Shown here: piece by piece, positions 1 through 13,769 of the stretch | How the letters are laid out: each line of letters starts with the position of its first letter | How positions within the stretch are numbered: position 1 is the stretch's first letter | Assembly (NCBI GenBank): GCA_964016885.1 | Contig: OZ024744.1 | Coordinates: 111,848,001-111,912,000, forward strand | Direction of reading: 5' to 3' | From: Eledone cirrhosa | Lineage: Eukaryota | Length of the DNA: 64,000 nt | Translations under genes and position numbers: made by a program | The notes under the pieces: model-generated | The model's database searches: none | Told to the model about the DNA's origin: nothing | Seen by the model: the letters and a program-made list of their open reading frames with translations, nothing else

Positions 1-249
1 TTGGGCTGTGGTGGTGATGTGTTGCTTGGGCTGTGGTGGTGTTGTTAGTGCTCCAGACAGCCTGTTGTTCGGTTGGTCTGATGATCTGTCATAGTAACAG
101 ATGCAACTCTGCAATTGAAACAACTACAGTTGTGATGACAGAAATAGTACCATAGTCATAGCTATGCCATAACTGCACAGATCAATGCAACACACATGCA
201 CATATATATATATACATAAATTACCCAATAGGGGGGGCAGACTTCCAAG

Positions 250-3200
250 GGACACTTGTGGAGAAAGCTCATTAAAAAAAACCACGGTGACCCTAACCAC
301 CAGGGCAAGTGCCCTCTCCCAGTTTTCCACCTCCAATTTTCAGGTGCATACTCAGAGCAGGCCCATTCACTCAGGCCATGCTTGCCTCTCTCACCCATCT
401 TTCAACAAAATGCTGGGAAGAGAGCGTTTCCCTCTCTACCCTGATTTTCCTTTTCAAATGAAATTTGAAAAGGTTAATCAGGGCATCACCGAAGAGGTAA
501 GTGCTAGTCTTCAGCCCTTTCAAACGCGTCCACCACACAACCTCTTTTGCCATGGCCACCAGGCAAATAAAAATTGCCTGCCTTTCCTGGCTAAAGGAAG
601 ACAGCGGAGCAATCCTCACGATGGACTCAGCTGATAGCCGGATCTGTCCTACACGTTCGACATAAACCCACAGGTCAGCAATGCTTGGACACTGGAGGAG
701 GGCATGCTCGACGGTTTCGTCGCTCAGTGCATTGCCTGACTGGTCGGAGGCCGTAAGCGCCTGGAGACATTCCAGTCTCTACGTACTCGCTCTCGATCCT
801 CACTTGCCCCAGGACTGCAGCTCTGCCAACGAGATGAGCTGGGGAAAAAACGCGTCCACAGCTGACCACCGTCGAGGAAGAGGTGAAGATGCTGTAGCCT
901 GAGTGCATGTCTGCACATCATAAGCCATGGCATGCCCAGCCCTCCACGTAGCAGGTGTTAACAACAAACGGGCCGCCCGACCATCGGAGCGCGTCCCTTC
1001 CACAAAAAGCGAAAGAGCAAATGCTCCAGTGCAGTCTGGCGAGGCTTAGGACAAGGCACGACGGTCAGGCGGTAGAAGTTGATGGACGCGATGTATGCAT
1101 TCGCTAACTCTGCTTGACTTTTCAGGGATAGCTTCCTCTCGGCCCATTTCTGGGTGAGAAAGGCCACCCTGCTCATCACCTCATACCAAATTTTGTCCGT
1201 CTGGAGGTCCGGACTGAACCAGACCCCTAGCAATTTAATTAGTTCATCCATCCAGCGCCCGACGACGCTGTTGGACGGCATGGACCTGCCTCTCCAGGCA
1301 CCGAGTTGCAGGCCCACTGACTTTTCCTGGTTGATCACCACCTCGTATTCTCTTAGGGTGGTGTCGATCGCCTCGATGTGTTTGGCGTTCGACACCACTA
1401 AGGTGACATCGTCTCCATATGCTGACACGGTTCTCCTGCATCCCAGTTCACGCAGGACCCCCCCTCAACGTCTCCAGTTTGTGCAATAATGGCTCGAGAG
1501 TCAATATATACAAGGACGAGAGGAGACATCCTTGGCGAACCGAGCACATGTTGTTGAAAGGTTCAGAAAGGAGACCGTTCGATTTCACCACAGAGCAGAT
1601 GTCACTGAGCATGGCAGCGATCCAGCCTCTGAAGACAGGCCCAAAGCAAGCCACCTTCAGGACTGCTGCCAGATAACGATGGTCGACCCTATCGAAAGCT
1701 TTTGACTGATCTAAATTGATCAAGGCCCCTCCCATGCTAGTTTCATTAGCTACCCTCTCCACGATATATCGCATGAGGTGGAGGTTGTCGTGGATAGATC
1801 TGTCTGGAATGGCGCATGTCTGCACCTCTCCCATCAGACCACTGACGACAAGAGCTAACCTCTTTGTTAGCACCTTTACCAAAATCTTGAAGTGGACCTG
1901 AGTTATGGGCCTGAAATTATCTATGTTACCCCCCTTGTTCGGATCCTTTCTCAGCAGCGCTACCGCTCCTCAGCTCAAAGAGCAATAGACGTCCGCCAAG
2001 AGGTCTCCGAACAAGTCTCGCATATGTATGTAAAGCTTGTACGGCACACCATCCAAACCAGGTGATTTACCAAAGTGCAGTCAGTCATTGCTACCCATAT
2101 TTCAGCGGCTGTTATCAGCCTTTCACAACACTCCGCTTCAGTGGCCGAGAGCCGCGGCAGTCCGTTGAGGTAGGCGCTAAAGTCCATCCCGCGATCCGGC
2201 CCACCACTTCCCTTGAACAGCTGAGCAAAGTACCACTGCAAAGCCACACACATTTGCTCGGGTTCGAGTAACATGTGCCCATCATTGGCCTCCAAAGGCC
2301 GGGTTATGGGTTTGTTGCCACGACGTGCCTCCGCCATTTGGGCCCATCGAATGGCTTTCGTCCCCTCGTGTCTGAGAGCACGCACCCTAGCTCTGACAAC
2401 ACAGCCTTCATGCTTTCCATTGAAGAATTGGTTGAGGGCCAATTTTGCCACAAGCACATCGTTCGTGATGCCTTTACTAAGCGCCTCATCTAATTTGCTA
2501 ACTAGTTCTGCCTCTGCTCTATTTTTCTCTATTGTTAACGCCTTACTAAACCTGTTGGACCCCATTCTAATTGTTCTTTTCAGGGAAAGCCACCATTTGT
2601 TGTTGATCATGGCCCCATCAACGCCGGTTTAACTAGTTCACTAATCCAGTCTCTGCAGGCTTTGCGCGCTGTCAACGATGCATTTAGCTTCCTGTCTATG
2701 AAGCCTATCTAAGTCAACCACACAGGTCACGAATTTATGGTCCGTGTAGTCAACTATTTAGAATTGTGGACAACCTATGCTAGAACTATCTATTTCCTTA
2801 CAAAATACTCGCTAGATACGATCGCTAGATACGATCTGGATGACCCGATGCAGTTTGTCCATGTCCACAATGGCACATTCGGGAAATCCAGTCGGTACCT
2901 GTCAGACAGTTCAAAACGTCTGAACATGTTTGCTAGGCTTTTACACCCTCCTCCCCTATCTGCTAATCCCACACAGTCCCAGCGTGCATCCAAGATCCTG
3001 TTCCATTTGCCCATTAACATTAAAGAGCAGGACATACCTAGAAAGGTCTCCAGTCGCCTGAAGGAATCAGGCCGCCCGGTCCCTGTTGGAGCATAAATAT
3101 CCAATAGCCTAAAAGTATAGCCTTCACTGCTGGTCACGTCTAGCACCACCGAATTACCTTCTGGGTCCAGGAAGATGGTCCATATCACGAGATCCAGGCT

Positions 3201-4780
3201 TCTCCGAAACAACACAGCAACTCCGCCTCCTAATCCCAGCTGTCTCTGTGGGTGGTATGAATTTTTGGTGTGTCATATAGATTTTCTCTGTGATGCTGGT
3301 GTTGTGTTGGATGTAGTGTAATAATTGGTTGTTGTTCAAATTTAATGCTGTGTAGTGTGTATCAGTTTGGTTGCTTTATTTTGTTTGGGTTTGTTTCTGT
3401 TTGACTTGTTGGTGTTTTTGTGGTGTTGGTGATGGTGGTGTTGGGGTTGATGATGGTGATGGTGTTGGTGTTTGTGGTGATGGGGCTGGTGATGCTGGTG
3501 TGGATGGTGGCATAGCTGTCTTAACCTTTTTTGTTAGTTTGTTTGTTTCGCCCTCTATTTTGTTTTTGGAGGGCGAAGGAAGAGGGTTGTTTTCTTGTTT
3601 GGTTTCTTTTTTTTCTCAGATACAGTTTCTCAACCTTCCTCCTCATCACAGCCTGTCTCCAGTTGTGAGAGGTCAGGGAGTGGAAAATCCTCCACAGGCG
3701 TTGGTGTTGGTTGTGGCGTGGTGGATGGTGGAGGTGCTGGTGCTACTTCTGGCGTGGTGTTGGTTTTGCTATTGTTGCTGCTACAGTTACTGCTGTCATT
3801 GCTGCTACCATCTCTGCTGTTGGTGGTGTTGATGGTTGAGTCACTGGTGTGGGTAAGAGAGGAGGTGGCCTCAACTTTTTAGCCTGAGGGAAGAACGCCT
3901 TTAAGTGGGTTCCTTCACCACAAACGACACACCTAGACCTTCTACCTTCAACGATTACGGTGAGGTGGCTGCCATCATTGAGGTCTATCACCATGTTGTT
4001 TTGGTGGGCTTGGATCAGGAGCTCCATCCCAGATCCGGACCAGTTCTCCTGTTTTACTTTGATCACCGCCATCACTTTTGTGTCAGCCTCGATATCAGCA
4101 AGGACGGTAGCCATTAGCCAGGGAATTTCAGTGTGAACTCATCACTTTTTAATGGGGCCATGGAGGGCGCCCTGGCTTCCTGTGGGGTTCTAAAGAACAC
4201 GTCCACGGTTCCAAATCTTTGTCCACATCTGATGTGGGTTTTTTGAGCCCACACATGTCCCAAAGCTTTTTGATTCTGGGACTCGGATGCCCGCTCCATT
4301 CGACGTGTTTTTATATTGATCATGCGAAAAGATACATACAGTATATAGGCGCCGATGCTCCAGGGTATTTGATGGGGGTGGGGGCTGACCCTGTAACCAT
4401 TTTTATTTACCATTCGCTTGGCTTCATTCAATTCTTCCTGGCTTACCGCAATCGTTTTGTTTTTGTTTGCCGCTTTAGCAAAAGTCATTTGGTTTTTCAC
4501 TGGTGTTGATGTTGTTGTTGTTATTCTTATTGTTCCTGTTGTTGTTATTGTTATTTTTTATATTATTATTTTTTGTTTCAGTTGCTGTTGTTCTGGTGGT
4601 GGTGGTGGTGGCGGTGGCATTCGACGTGGGAGAATCCATTTTGGGAGAATCCATTTTGATATCACGAGATAAATTTGTTGTTTCAGTTGTTGCTGTGATG
4701 GTGGTGGTAGGAGGTGTTATCAGTGGTGTTGGATGTACTCTTCGACATTGTGGTGGTGGAGATGGTGGCTTTAACTGAAG
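250..4780 (-). mobile_element. Degenerate L1/Tx1-clade LINE (ORF1 with zinc knuckle; ORF2 APE endonuclease, RT, C-terminal zinc finger)
   Basis: Broken ORFs in the expected order: CVVCGEGTHLKAF (3743-4114), FRLLDIYAP and LWTWTN (2790-3215), LDQSKAFDRVDH and VRQGCLLS (1448-1882), SAYGDDVT (958-1428), DETVEHALLQCP (~685-722, other frame). Confidence 0.9.
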
Positions 4781-4789
4781 GACTTTAAA

Positions 4790-5067
4790 AAGAGGGTATG
4801 CTTGCTAATTGATATGTCTGTTCCAATAGACAAGAATCTATCTATAAAAACATTTGAAAAATTGAGCAAGTATAAGGACCTGGAGATAGAAATTAGAAAA
4901 ATTTGGAAGTTGAGAACTAAAACAATACCAGTGGCGCTCTAGGAATGATACCTAAGGGGTCTAATGATTACTTATCCCAAATCCCAGGAAACCTGCATAT
5001 AGAGGAAATACAAAAGATAGTACTAATGGGAACTGCCCATATACTGAGGAAGATTCTGTCAATATAA
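4790..5067 (+). mobile_element. 3' fragment of R4/Dong-type RLE retrotransposon (subfamily A)
   Basis: Translates CLLIDMSVPIDKNLSIKTFEKLSKYKDLEIEIRKIW...IQKIVLMGTAHILRKILSI*, a restriction-like endonuclease C-terminus. Confidence 0.8.
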
Positions 5068-5134
5068 GTACATCACAAGTCTAAACACCTAAAGATGCAT
5101 CTGTGTGTATGTGTGTTCTTTCTTGAACAAGTAG

Positions 5135-6225
5135 GAATGTCATAAGTGCAGTAAATTCCCGAGCTGTATCTATTATTAGGTACAGTGTGGGAATTCTGAA
5201 ATGGAATGTTACTGAACAAAAAGAAATGGATAGGAAGACTAGGAAGCTAATGACTATCTACAACATGTTCCACAAGAGGAGTGATGTTGATAGACTCTAC
5301 TTAAAGAGATTTGAAGGTGGAAGAGGTCTTAGCAGTAGGGAGCCAATGCTCAAAATTGTACTGAAAGAGAAGACAATAGACCAAGGGATGTCCAAGGAAC
5401 AACAAGGAGGAAGAGCAACCTTCATGAAAAATACCTTCATAGTACCTTCTTTAAGAAAACGGAATTCAGAGATCCACCAACATGGAACGGGTTAAAAAGA
5501 GGAGACCTTTAAAAAGCTACAGAAGGAATGTTAATGGCTGCGCAAGAGCAAGCCCTCAGAATGAAGTGGGTGAAACATCATATTGACAAGGAGGAGGCTA
5601 GCTCACTGTGTAGGATCTGTGGAGAGAGAGAGGAGACTGTGGCTCACATTGTATCCGAGTGTAAACACCTAGCCCAGACTTACTATAAAGGCTGGAGACA
5701 TGATGTGATAGGCAGAGTGATCCACTGGCACCTATGCAAAGTAAACAATTTACCACATTCTGAGAAGTGGTATGAGCATAAGCCAGAGTCAGTGATAGAA
5801 AACGATCAGGTGAAGGTGCTGTGGGATTTTAGGATACAGACGGACAAGAAACTGGAACACAATAGACCTGACCTGGTGGTTTAGAACAAGGTAAAAAGAT
5901 CGTGCCTCATTGTAGATGTAGCCTGCCCATTTGACACAAGAGTGCAAGAAAAGGAGAAGGAGAAAATTAACTTAAAGTGGGAGGTAAAAAGGATTGGAAC
6001 TGTCATGAGATGAAGGTCATCCCAGTTGTCATAGGAACACTAGGTACTATCTCAAAGAGTTTCCAAGGATGGTTAAAGAACATTAGTCCAGCCCCACTTT
6101 TTGGAACACTTCAAAAGGTATGTTTGCTGGGAACAGCAAGAACCCTCCGATACGTCCTGAATGTCTGAGGCTGCAGGTAGCGGCTTGATGTTCATTTCAA
6201 CAAACTTTCCAGTTAAATAACATCA
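5135..6225 (+). mobile_element. R4/Dong-type RLE retrotransposon 3' part, copy 1
   Basis: DRKTRKLMT, RLYLKRFEGGRGL, zinc motif CRICGEREETVAHIVSEC, RHD, RPDLVV, DVACP; contains stops and frameshifts. Confidence 0.9.
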
Positions 6226-6227
6226 GA

Positions 6228-6490
6228 GAATGTCTGTCTGCCTGATTCCCTAAAACTTGAGAACCACCCAACCGATTGTTTTCAGACTTTACACATGTAA
6301 TACTTATGGTCCTGTGAGTGTTTTGAACAAAAACTATTTCCAATTTTCAATACCCTAGAGACCACATTAGGCGATTTAGCGATCTCTCTATAATTCTTAG
6401 TATTTCTTTTTAGATAGATACATAGATATAACAATGCGCCCTTATAATAGATGTCTGTATGTCTGGCTGTCTGCATTACGACATTATGAC
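6228..6490 (+). mobile_element. Internal fragment of non-autonomous Helitron (also ~8065-8325 and ~10268-10525)
   Basis: Matches 56940-57180 (ccctaaaactcgagaaccacccaaccga...gtctggctgtctgcatt). Confidence 0.75.
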
Positions 6491-7336
6491 GTCGCTATAT
6501 GCGTTTGTGTGTGTATATATATATATATATATATAGTGTGTAACGTTTTTCGAAATATTTACTTCTGTGTTCACAGATTGATTTTTTTAGTTTCAGAAGA
6601 TCCCGTTAAGGATGAAAGCAGCGATTCTTTGCTTAAACTTTAATCTGTTATTTTAATATATATATATTTAATTATATATTCGTGTACAGATATTTTTGCA
6701 TACACAATAACAAATATAAACAAATGTATTTATTTCACAAGGCTCGATAAGGATAAATATATAAGCACCTTAGAGCAAATCACATTCTGCTAGTAATAAT
6801 AATACAAGCTTGAGGAAGAATACAAATATTTTACATCTAGTATGTATCGTATCAAAAAATTTATAGAATCAGTGTCAAGGAAAGATTTATGGATGCGGGT
6901 AGAGCATGTTGTTATTTTAGCTTAAGGTATCATAACATATTAATTATGTATGATATTTGTGCTTCTCAATAGAAAAGCTCTATGGACATTTGTCCAGAGC
7001 ATCAATAATTCATATTTATAGATATATATGTACAAAGGACCATATATCTTATGAGAACAAACAGCATTTTGTAGACATACAAGGTATATATATCCAGGAA
7101 GAATACATACTTTAGATGGAAAATGTTCTCATTCCCTATGGTCATTTCAGGAGCTGATGAAAACCACAACTTAAAATCAATTGAAGCAATTGATCATCAA
7201 TCACCAACTATTGATTTTGTTTAAGTTATGGGAAGTGTAAATCAATGATCGGAGGGATTATGTCAATAAAATCAATTAAATATAGTTACAATCTATATAA
7301 AAGAGAGATGTTTATTGACTGGTTGAATGACATGAC

Positions 7337-8060
7337 AAGCTACAGAAGGAATGCTAATGGCTGCGCAGGAGCAAGCCCTCAGAATGAAGTGGGTGAAACA
7401 TCATATTGACAAGGAGGAGGCTAGCTCACTGTGTAGGATCTGTGGAGAGAGAGAGGAGACTGTGGCTCACATTGTATCCGAGTGTAAACACCTAGCCCAG
7501 ACTTACTATAAAGACTGGAGACATGATATGATAGGCAGAGTGATCCACTGGCACCTATGCAAAGTAAACAATTTACCACATTCTGAGAAGTGGTATGAGC
7601 ATAAACCAGAGTCGGTGATAGAAAACGATCAGGTGAAGGTGCTGTGGGATTTTAGGATACAGACGGACAAGAAATTAGAACACAATAGGCCTGACCTGGT
7701 AGTTTAGAACAAGGTAAAAAGATTGTGCCTGATTGTAGATGTAGCCTGCCCATTCGACACGAGAGTGCAAGAAAAGGAGAAGGCGAAAATTAACCGATAC
7801 CAGGATTTAAAGTGGGAGTTAAAAAGGATTTGGAACTGTCATGAGATGAAGGTCATCCCAGTTGTCATAGAAACACTAGGTACTATCTCAAAGAGTTTTC
7901 AAGGATGGTTAAAGAAGATTAGTCCAGCCCTGTTTTTTGGAACACTTCAAAAGGCATGCTTGCTGGGAACAGCAAGAACCCTCCGATACATCCTGAATAT
8001 CTGAGGCTGCAGGTAGCAGCTTGATGTTCATTTCAACAAACTTTCCAGTTAAATAACATC
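7337..8060 (+). mobile_element. R4/Dong RLE 3' fragment, copy 2
   Basis: ORFs 7351-7707 and 7723-8004, near-identical to copy 1. Confidence 0.9.
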
Positions 8061-8513
8061 AGAGAATGTCAGTCTGCCTGATTCCCTAAAACTCGAGAAC
8101 CACCCAACCGATTGTTTTCAGACTTTACACATGTAATACTTATGGTCCTGTGAGTGTTTTGAACAAAAACTATTTCCAATTTTCAATACCCTAGAGACCG
8201 CATTAGGCGATTTAGCGATATCTCTATAATTCTTAGTCTTTCTATTTAGATAGATACATAGATATAACGATGCGCCCTTATAATATCTGTCTGTATGTCT
8301 GGCTGTCTGAATTACGACATTATGACGCTATATGTGTGTGTGTGTATATATGTATATATATAGTGTGTGTGTATATATATATATAGTGTGTAACGTTTTT
8401 CAAAATATTTACTTCTGAGTTCACAGATTGATTTTTTTAGTTTCAGAAGATCCCTTTAAAGATGAAAGCAGCGATTCTTTGCTTAAACTTTAATCTGTTA
8501 TTTTAATATATAT

Positions 8514-8860
8514 CATCATCATTCATTATCATTATCATTTTACGTCCACTTTTCCCTGCTTCCAAGGTTGGGACGGGAACTGATTTTGGCTTTATTTCTA
8601 CAGCTGGATGCCCTTCCTAACACCAACCTCATTTACAGTGAGTGCTGGGTGCTTTTTTGCCGTGGCACCTCCACGACCACTTTGAAGTGGAATGATATGG
8701 AACCCAGTCCCTATCATCTCATTTCTACAGCTGAGTAAACTGGAGCAATGTGAAATAAAGTGTCTTGCTCAAGGAAACAACACATCACCCAGTCTGAGAA
8801 TTGAACTCACAACCTTTTGATTGCAAGGCCAATGCTCTAACCACTAAGCCATGTGCCTCC
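8514..8860 (-). mobile_element. tRNA-derived SINE with RTE-type tail
   Basis: Reverse strand: A box TGGCTTAGTGG, B box GAGTTCAATTC, ccttgagcaagacacttt central block, tail ending ggacgtaaaatga(t)n. Confidence 0.9.
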
Positions 8861-9540
8861 ATATATATATAATTATATATTCGTGTACAGATATTTTTGC
8901 ATACACAATAACAAATATAAACAAATGTATTTATTTCACAAGGCTCGATAAGGATAAATATATAAGAACCTTAGAGCAAATCCCATTCTGCTAGTAATAA
9001 TAATACAAGCTTGAGGAAGAATACAAATATTTTACATCTAGTATGTATCGTATCAAAAAATTTATAGAATCAGTGTCAAGGAAAGATTTATGGATGCGGG
9101 TAGAGCATGTTGTTATTTTAGCTTAAGGTATCATAACATATTAATTATGTATGATATTTGTGCTTCTCAATAGAAAAGCTCTATGGACATTTGTCCAGAG
9201 CATCAATAATTCATATTTATAGATATATATGTACAAAGGACCATATATCTTATGAGGACAAACAGCATTTTGTAGACATACAAGGTATATATATCCAGGA
9301 AGAATACATACTTTAGATGGAAAATGTTCTCATTCCCTATGGTCATTTCAGGAGCTGATGAAAACCACAACTTAAAATCGATTGAAGCAATTCATCATCA
9401 ATCACCAACTATTGATTTTGTTTAAGTTATGGGAGGTGTAAATCAATGATCAGAGGGATTATGTCAATAAAATCAATTAAATATAGTTACAATCTATATA
9501 AAAGTGAGATGTTTATTGATCGGTTGAATGACCTAACCAA

Positions 9541-10260
9541 TTACAGAAGGAATGTTAATGGCTGCGCAAGAGCAAGCCCTCAGAATGAAGTGGGTGAAAC
9601 ATCATATTGACAAGGAGGAGGCTAGCTCACTGTGTAGGATCTGTGGAGAGAGAGAGGAGACTGTGGCTCACATTGTATCCGAGTGTAAACACCTAGCCCA
9701 GACTCACTATAAAGGCTGGAGACATGATGTGATGGGCAGGGTGATCCACTGGCACCTATGCAAAGTAAACAATTTACCACATTCTGAGAAGTGGTATGAG
9801 CATAAGCCAGAGTCGGTGATAGAAAACGATCAGGTGAAGGTGCTGTGGGATTTTAGGATACAGACGGACAAGAAATTAGAACACAATAGGCCTGACCTGG
9901 TGGTTTAGAACAAGGTAAAAAGATTGTGCCTGATTGTAGATGTAGCCTGCCCATTTGACATGAGAGTGCAAGAAAAGGAGAAGGAGAAAATTAACCGATA
10001 CTAGGATTTAAAGTGGGAGTTAAAAAGGATTTGGAACTGTCATGAGATGAAGGTCATCCCAGTTGTCATAGGAACACTAGGTACTATCTCAAAGAGTTTC
10101 CAAGGATGGTTAAAGAAGATTAGTCCAGCCCTGTTTTTTGGAACACTTCAAAAGGCATGCTTGCTGGGAACAGCAAGAACCCTCCGATACGTCCTGAATG
10201 TCTGAGGCTGCAGGTAGCAGCTTGATGTTCATTTCAACAAACTTTCCAGTTAAATAACAT
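9541..10260 (+). mobile_element. R4/Dong RLE 3' fragment, copy 3
   Basis: ORF 9552-9908 and downstream broken frame. Confidence 0.9.
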
Positions 10261-10563
10261 CAGAGAATGTCTGTCTGCCTGAATCCCTAAAACTCGAGAA
10301 CCACCCAACCGATTGTTTTCAGACTTTACACATGTAATACTTATGGTCCTGTGAGTGTTTTGAACAAAAACTATTTCCAATTTTCAATGCCCTAGAGACC
10401 GCATTAGGCGATTTAGCGATATCTCTATAATTCTTAGTCTTTCTTTTTAGATAGATACATAGATATAACGATGCGCCCTTATAATATCTGTCTGTATGTC
10501 TGGCTGTCTGCATTGAGACATTATGACGCTATATGTGTGTGTGTGTATATATGTATATATATA

Positions 10564-10631
<68 letters not shown>

Positions 10632-11563
10632 TGTAACGTTTTTCGAAATATTTACTTCTGCGTTCCCAGATTGATTTTTTTAGTTTCAGAAGATCCCGTT
10701 AAGGATGAAAGCAGCGATTCTTTGCTTAAACTTTAATCTGTTATTTTAATATATATATATTTAATTATATATTCGTGTACAGATATTTTTGTATACACAA
10801 AAACAAATATAAACAAATGTATTTATTTCACAAGGCTCGATAAGGATAAATATATAAGCACCTTAGAGCAAATCCCATTCTGCTAGTAATAATAATACAA
10901 GCTTGAGGAAGAATACAAATATTTTACATCTAGTATGTATCGTATCAAAAAATTTATAGAATCAGTGTCAAGGAAAGATTTGTGGATGCGGGTAGAGCAT
11001 GTTGTTATTGTAGCTTAAGGTATCATAACATATTAATTATGTATGATATTTGTGCTTCTCAATAGAAAAGCTCTATGGACATTTGTCCAGAGCATCAATA
11101 ATTCATATTTATAGATATATATGTACAAAGGACCATATATCTTATGAGAACAAACAGTATTTTGTAGACATACAAGGTATATATATCCAGGAAGAATACA
11201 TACTTTAGATGGAAAATGTTCTCATTCCCTATGGTCATTTCAGGAGCTGATGAAAACCACAACTTAAAATCGATTGAAGCAATTCATCATCAATCACCAA
11301 CTATTGATTTTGTTTAAGTTATGGGAAGTGTAAATCAATGATCAGAGGGATTATGTCAATAAAATCAATTAAATATAGTTACAATCTATATAAAAGAGAG
11401 ATGTTTATTTTGTCGGTTGAATGACATGAGAACTTCACACACACATTATGGTCTCACCTCATACTGTAAACCAGACAACACACCCAATGCAGTCGTTTTC
11501 TTTTTTATCCGTCTTCTCTTAATTGTTCTCTTGGGTGAAGGTGGGTACTTCAGCTAGTACAGT

Positions 11564-11900
11564 CATCATCATTTCACTTTACGTCCGCTTTTTCCCTGCT
11601 TGCAAGGGTGGGACGGGAACTGAGTCTGGCTTGATTTCTACAGCTGGATGCCCTTCCTAACACCAACCTCATTTACAGTGAGTGCTGGGTGCTTTTTTGC
11701 CGTGGCACCTCCACGACCACTTTGCAGTGGAATGATATGGACCCCAGTCCCTATCATCTCAATTCTACAACTGAGTAAACTGGAGCAATGTGAAATAAAG
11801 TGTCTTGCTCAAGGAAACAACACATCACCCGGTCTGAGAATTGAACTCACAACCTTTCGATTGCAAGGCCAATGCTCTAACCACTAAGCCATGTGCCTCC
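11564..11900 (-). mobile_element. tRNA-derived SINE, same family as 8514-8860
   Basis: Near-identical head, body and tail. Confidence 0.9.
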
Positions 11901-12232
11901 ACCGTATATAATACAAAATACCTGTTTATATCTACTAGGTTCCACAATCAATTCCTATATAAAATGCAGCATGGTGTACTAACGTATAACCCAAGGTTAC
12001 AGATTAAAAAAAGAAACTGGATGTCATTTCCGCTAGAAAGAGGTGTGAAATATTAGTCACATCAGCTCTACAGATGAGGATTTGGAGCTGTTATATACAA
12101 ATTTACATATCAATTATGTATGTTATTTGTGCTTCTCAATGGAAATGTACTATGGACAATTGTCAAGAGCATATATGTGTACAAAATTCTGTGTGTTCTC
12201 ATAAGATATTTGGTCCTTTAACTCTCTCTCAA

Positions 12233-12610
12233 TCATCATCATCATCATCATCGTTTAACGTCCATCTTCCACGCATGCATGGGTTTGGACGGGAGTTTTC
12301 CCACTTGAGGCAAGAGTGGTTGTCTTGCTCGCATAGGACTGTCTGGCAAGTTTTCTACGGCTGGATGCCCTTCCTAACACCAACCACATTTACAGTGTGG
12401 ACTGGGAGGTTTTTACCGTGTTACCTACATGGCCACATTATAGCGTGGACTGTGTGTTTTTTTGTCGTGAAATCTACACGACCTCATTTGTTTCGGACTG
12501 GATGTTGTGGTACCAACATAACTTTACATTGAAAGGGGTGGTGTGGATGGGGTGGGGGTAGTGGGACAGGGGTGTATTTTTGTTAGAGGTGCCTACTGAC
12601 TGTAGTAGGT
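12233..12610 (-). mobile_element. RTE LINE 3' UTR fragment
   Basis: Reverse complement of 35730-36115, ending in (gat)n. Confidence 0.85.
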
Positions 12611-12939
12611 TTCAATATACATATATCTACAAATTTGAATTATATATATATATTTCCCTTAGCCATTTATTGGCTGTCCCTCGTTTTAATATTTAGTTTG
12701 TATTTAGCAACGGCTGAGTGAGACAAATATTCTTTCATTCCATATTCCAAATTTCTTTAAAATTTTCTTTAACAAACTTAGCACCCTGATCATTTATAAA
12801 CATCTTCCCCACTCACCACCATAGCATAGTCCAATGGAGAGTACCATCTTGGAAATCTAACCACATCACCTACACCCCCCCACATGCCAAATATCGCTGA
12901 CTGGAAAATAATATTTATAATAAACGAGGTCATGATGGA

Positions 12940-13765
12940 AACGTCCAGCCCTCACGGCATCCAACACCTGAATTGAGGATGCACTCTGGTCCCTCCTCAT
13001 AGGGGTGCCACCAAGTCCCAGGCTCGCACAATGTGGATTCATATTGAGAAGGGTACACTGTATGGAGTGTGACTGATTCTGAAACTGGAGTGCCACTGTG
13101 AGAGGGGTTCGGTGCGGCCAACTGGCCTGTCCCACCTCATTGTAGTGTCATCCAGTGTCGGGCTGCTCCGAAACAGGATCCACTGTGAGAAGGGCTTGGC
13201 ATGACCAATGGGCCTATCATTCCTCATAGTCGAGTCACATGTGGTTTTGTATTGAGAAAAGGTTTGTTGTGTGGAGCATGTCGGCTCTGAAATTGGAGTG
13301 CCTCTGTGAAAAGGGTTCAGCGTGGCCAATTGGCCTGCCCTTCTCATAGTGGTGTCATCCAGTGTCGGGCTCCTAAATTGTGGTTCTTGTCCTTCCTCAT
13401 AGTGGTATCACTGGTCCCTTTGCATAGTGGGCCATCCAACACCAGGCTCACAAACTCTGGTTCCGCACCTGTCCCTCTTCATAGCAGTGTAATCCAGAAC
13501 TGGGTCCCAAAAACTGTGGAAACATTATGTGATGGGTTTCGCATAAGTGACTGGCCAGCCCTCCTCATAGCGGTGACACCCAGTACCGGGTCCCAAAACT
13601 GTCGCTACGCTGTGAGATGGGTTAGGCTTCTCGTATTGGTGCCATCCAGTACTGGGCTTCAAACTATGGTTTGACTGTGTGATGGGTCAGCCTATGAAAA
13701 TATGGTTCTGTTGTGAGCCGGGTTTGGTGCGGCCAACTAGCCTGTGCCTCTTCATAACGGAGCCA
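12940..13765. repeat. Old degenerate tandem repeat
   Basis: About 10 diverged copies of a cctcatagtggtgtcatccagt..gggctc motif at irregular spacing. Confidence 0.6.
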
Positions 13766-13769
13766 TCTA

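Larger units (their letters stand above)
5514..11430 (+). repeat. Tandem triplication of a ~1.8-2.2 kb composite unit
   Basis: Units start ~5514, ~7337, ~9540; each is RLE 3' end, Helitron fragment, HHR-like motif, then ~700 bp AT-rich block; unit 2 carries an extra SINE. Confidence 0.95.

Noticed and set aside
124-4778. Plus-strand ORFs over the L1/Tx1 element
   Set aside because: Antisense shadows of LINE coding sequence and low-complexity tracts.
7150-7255. CTGATGA followed by a long hairpin (also ~9355, ~11248)
   Set aside because: No GAAA at the hairpin base and no stem I partner; at most a decayed relic.
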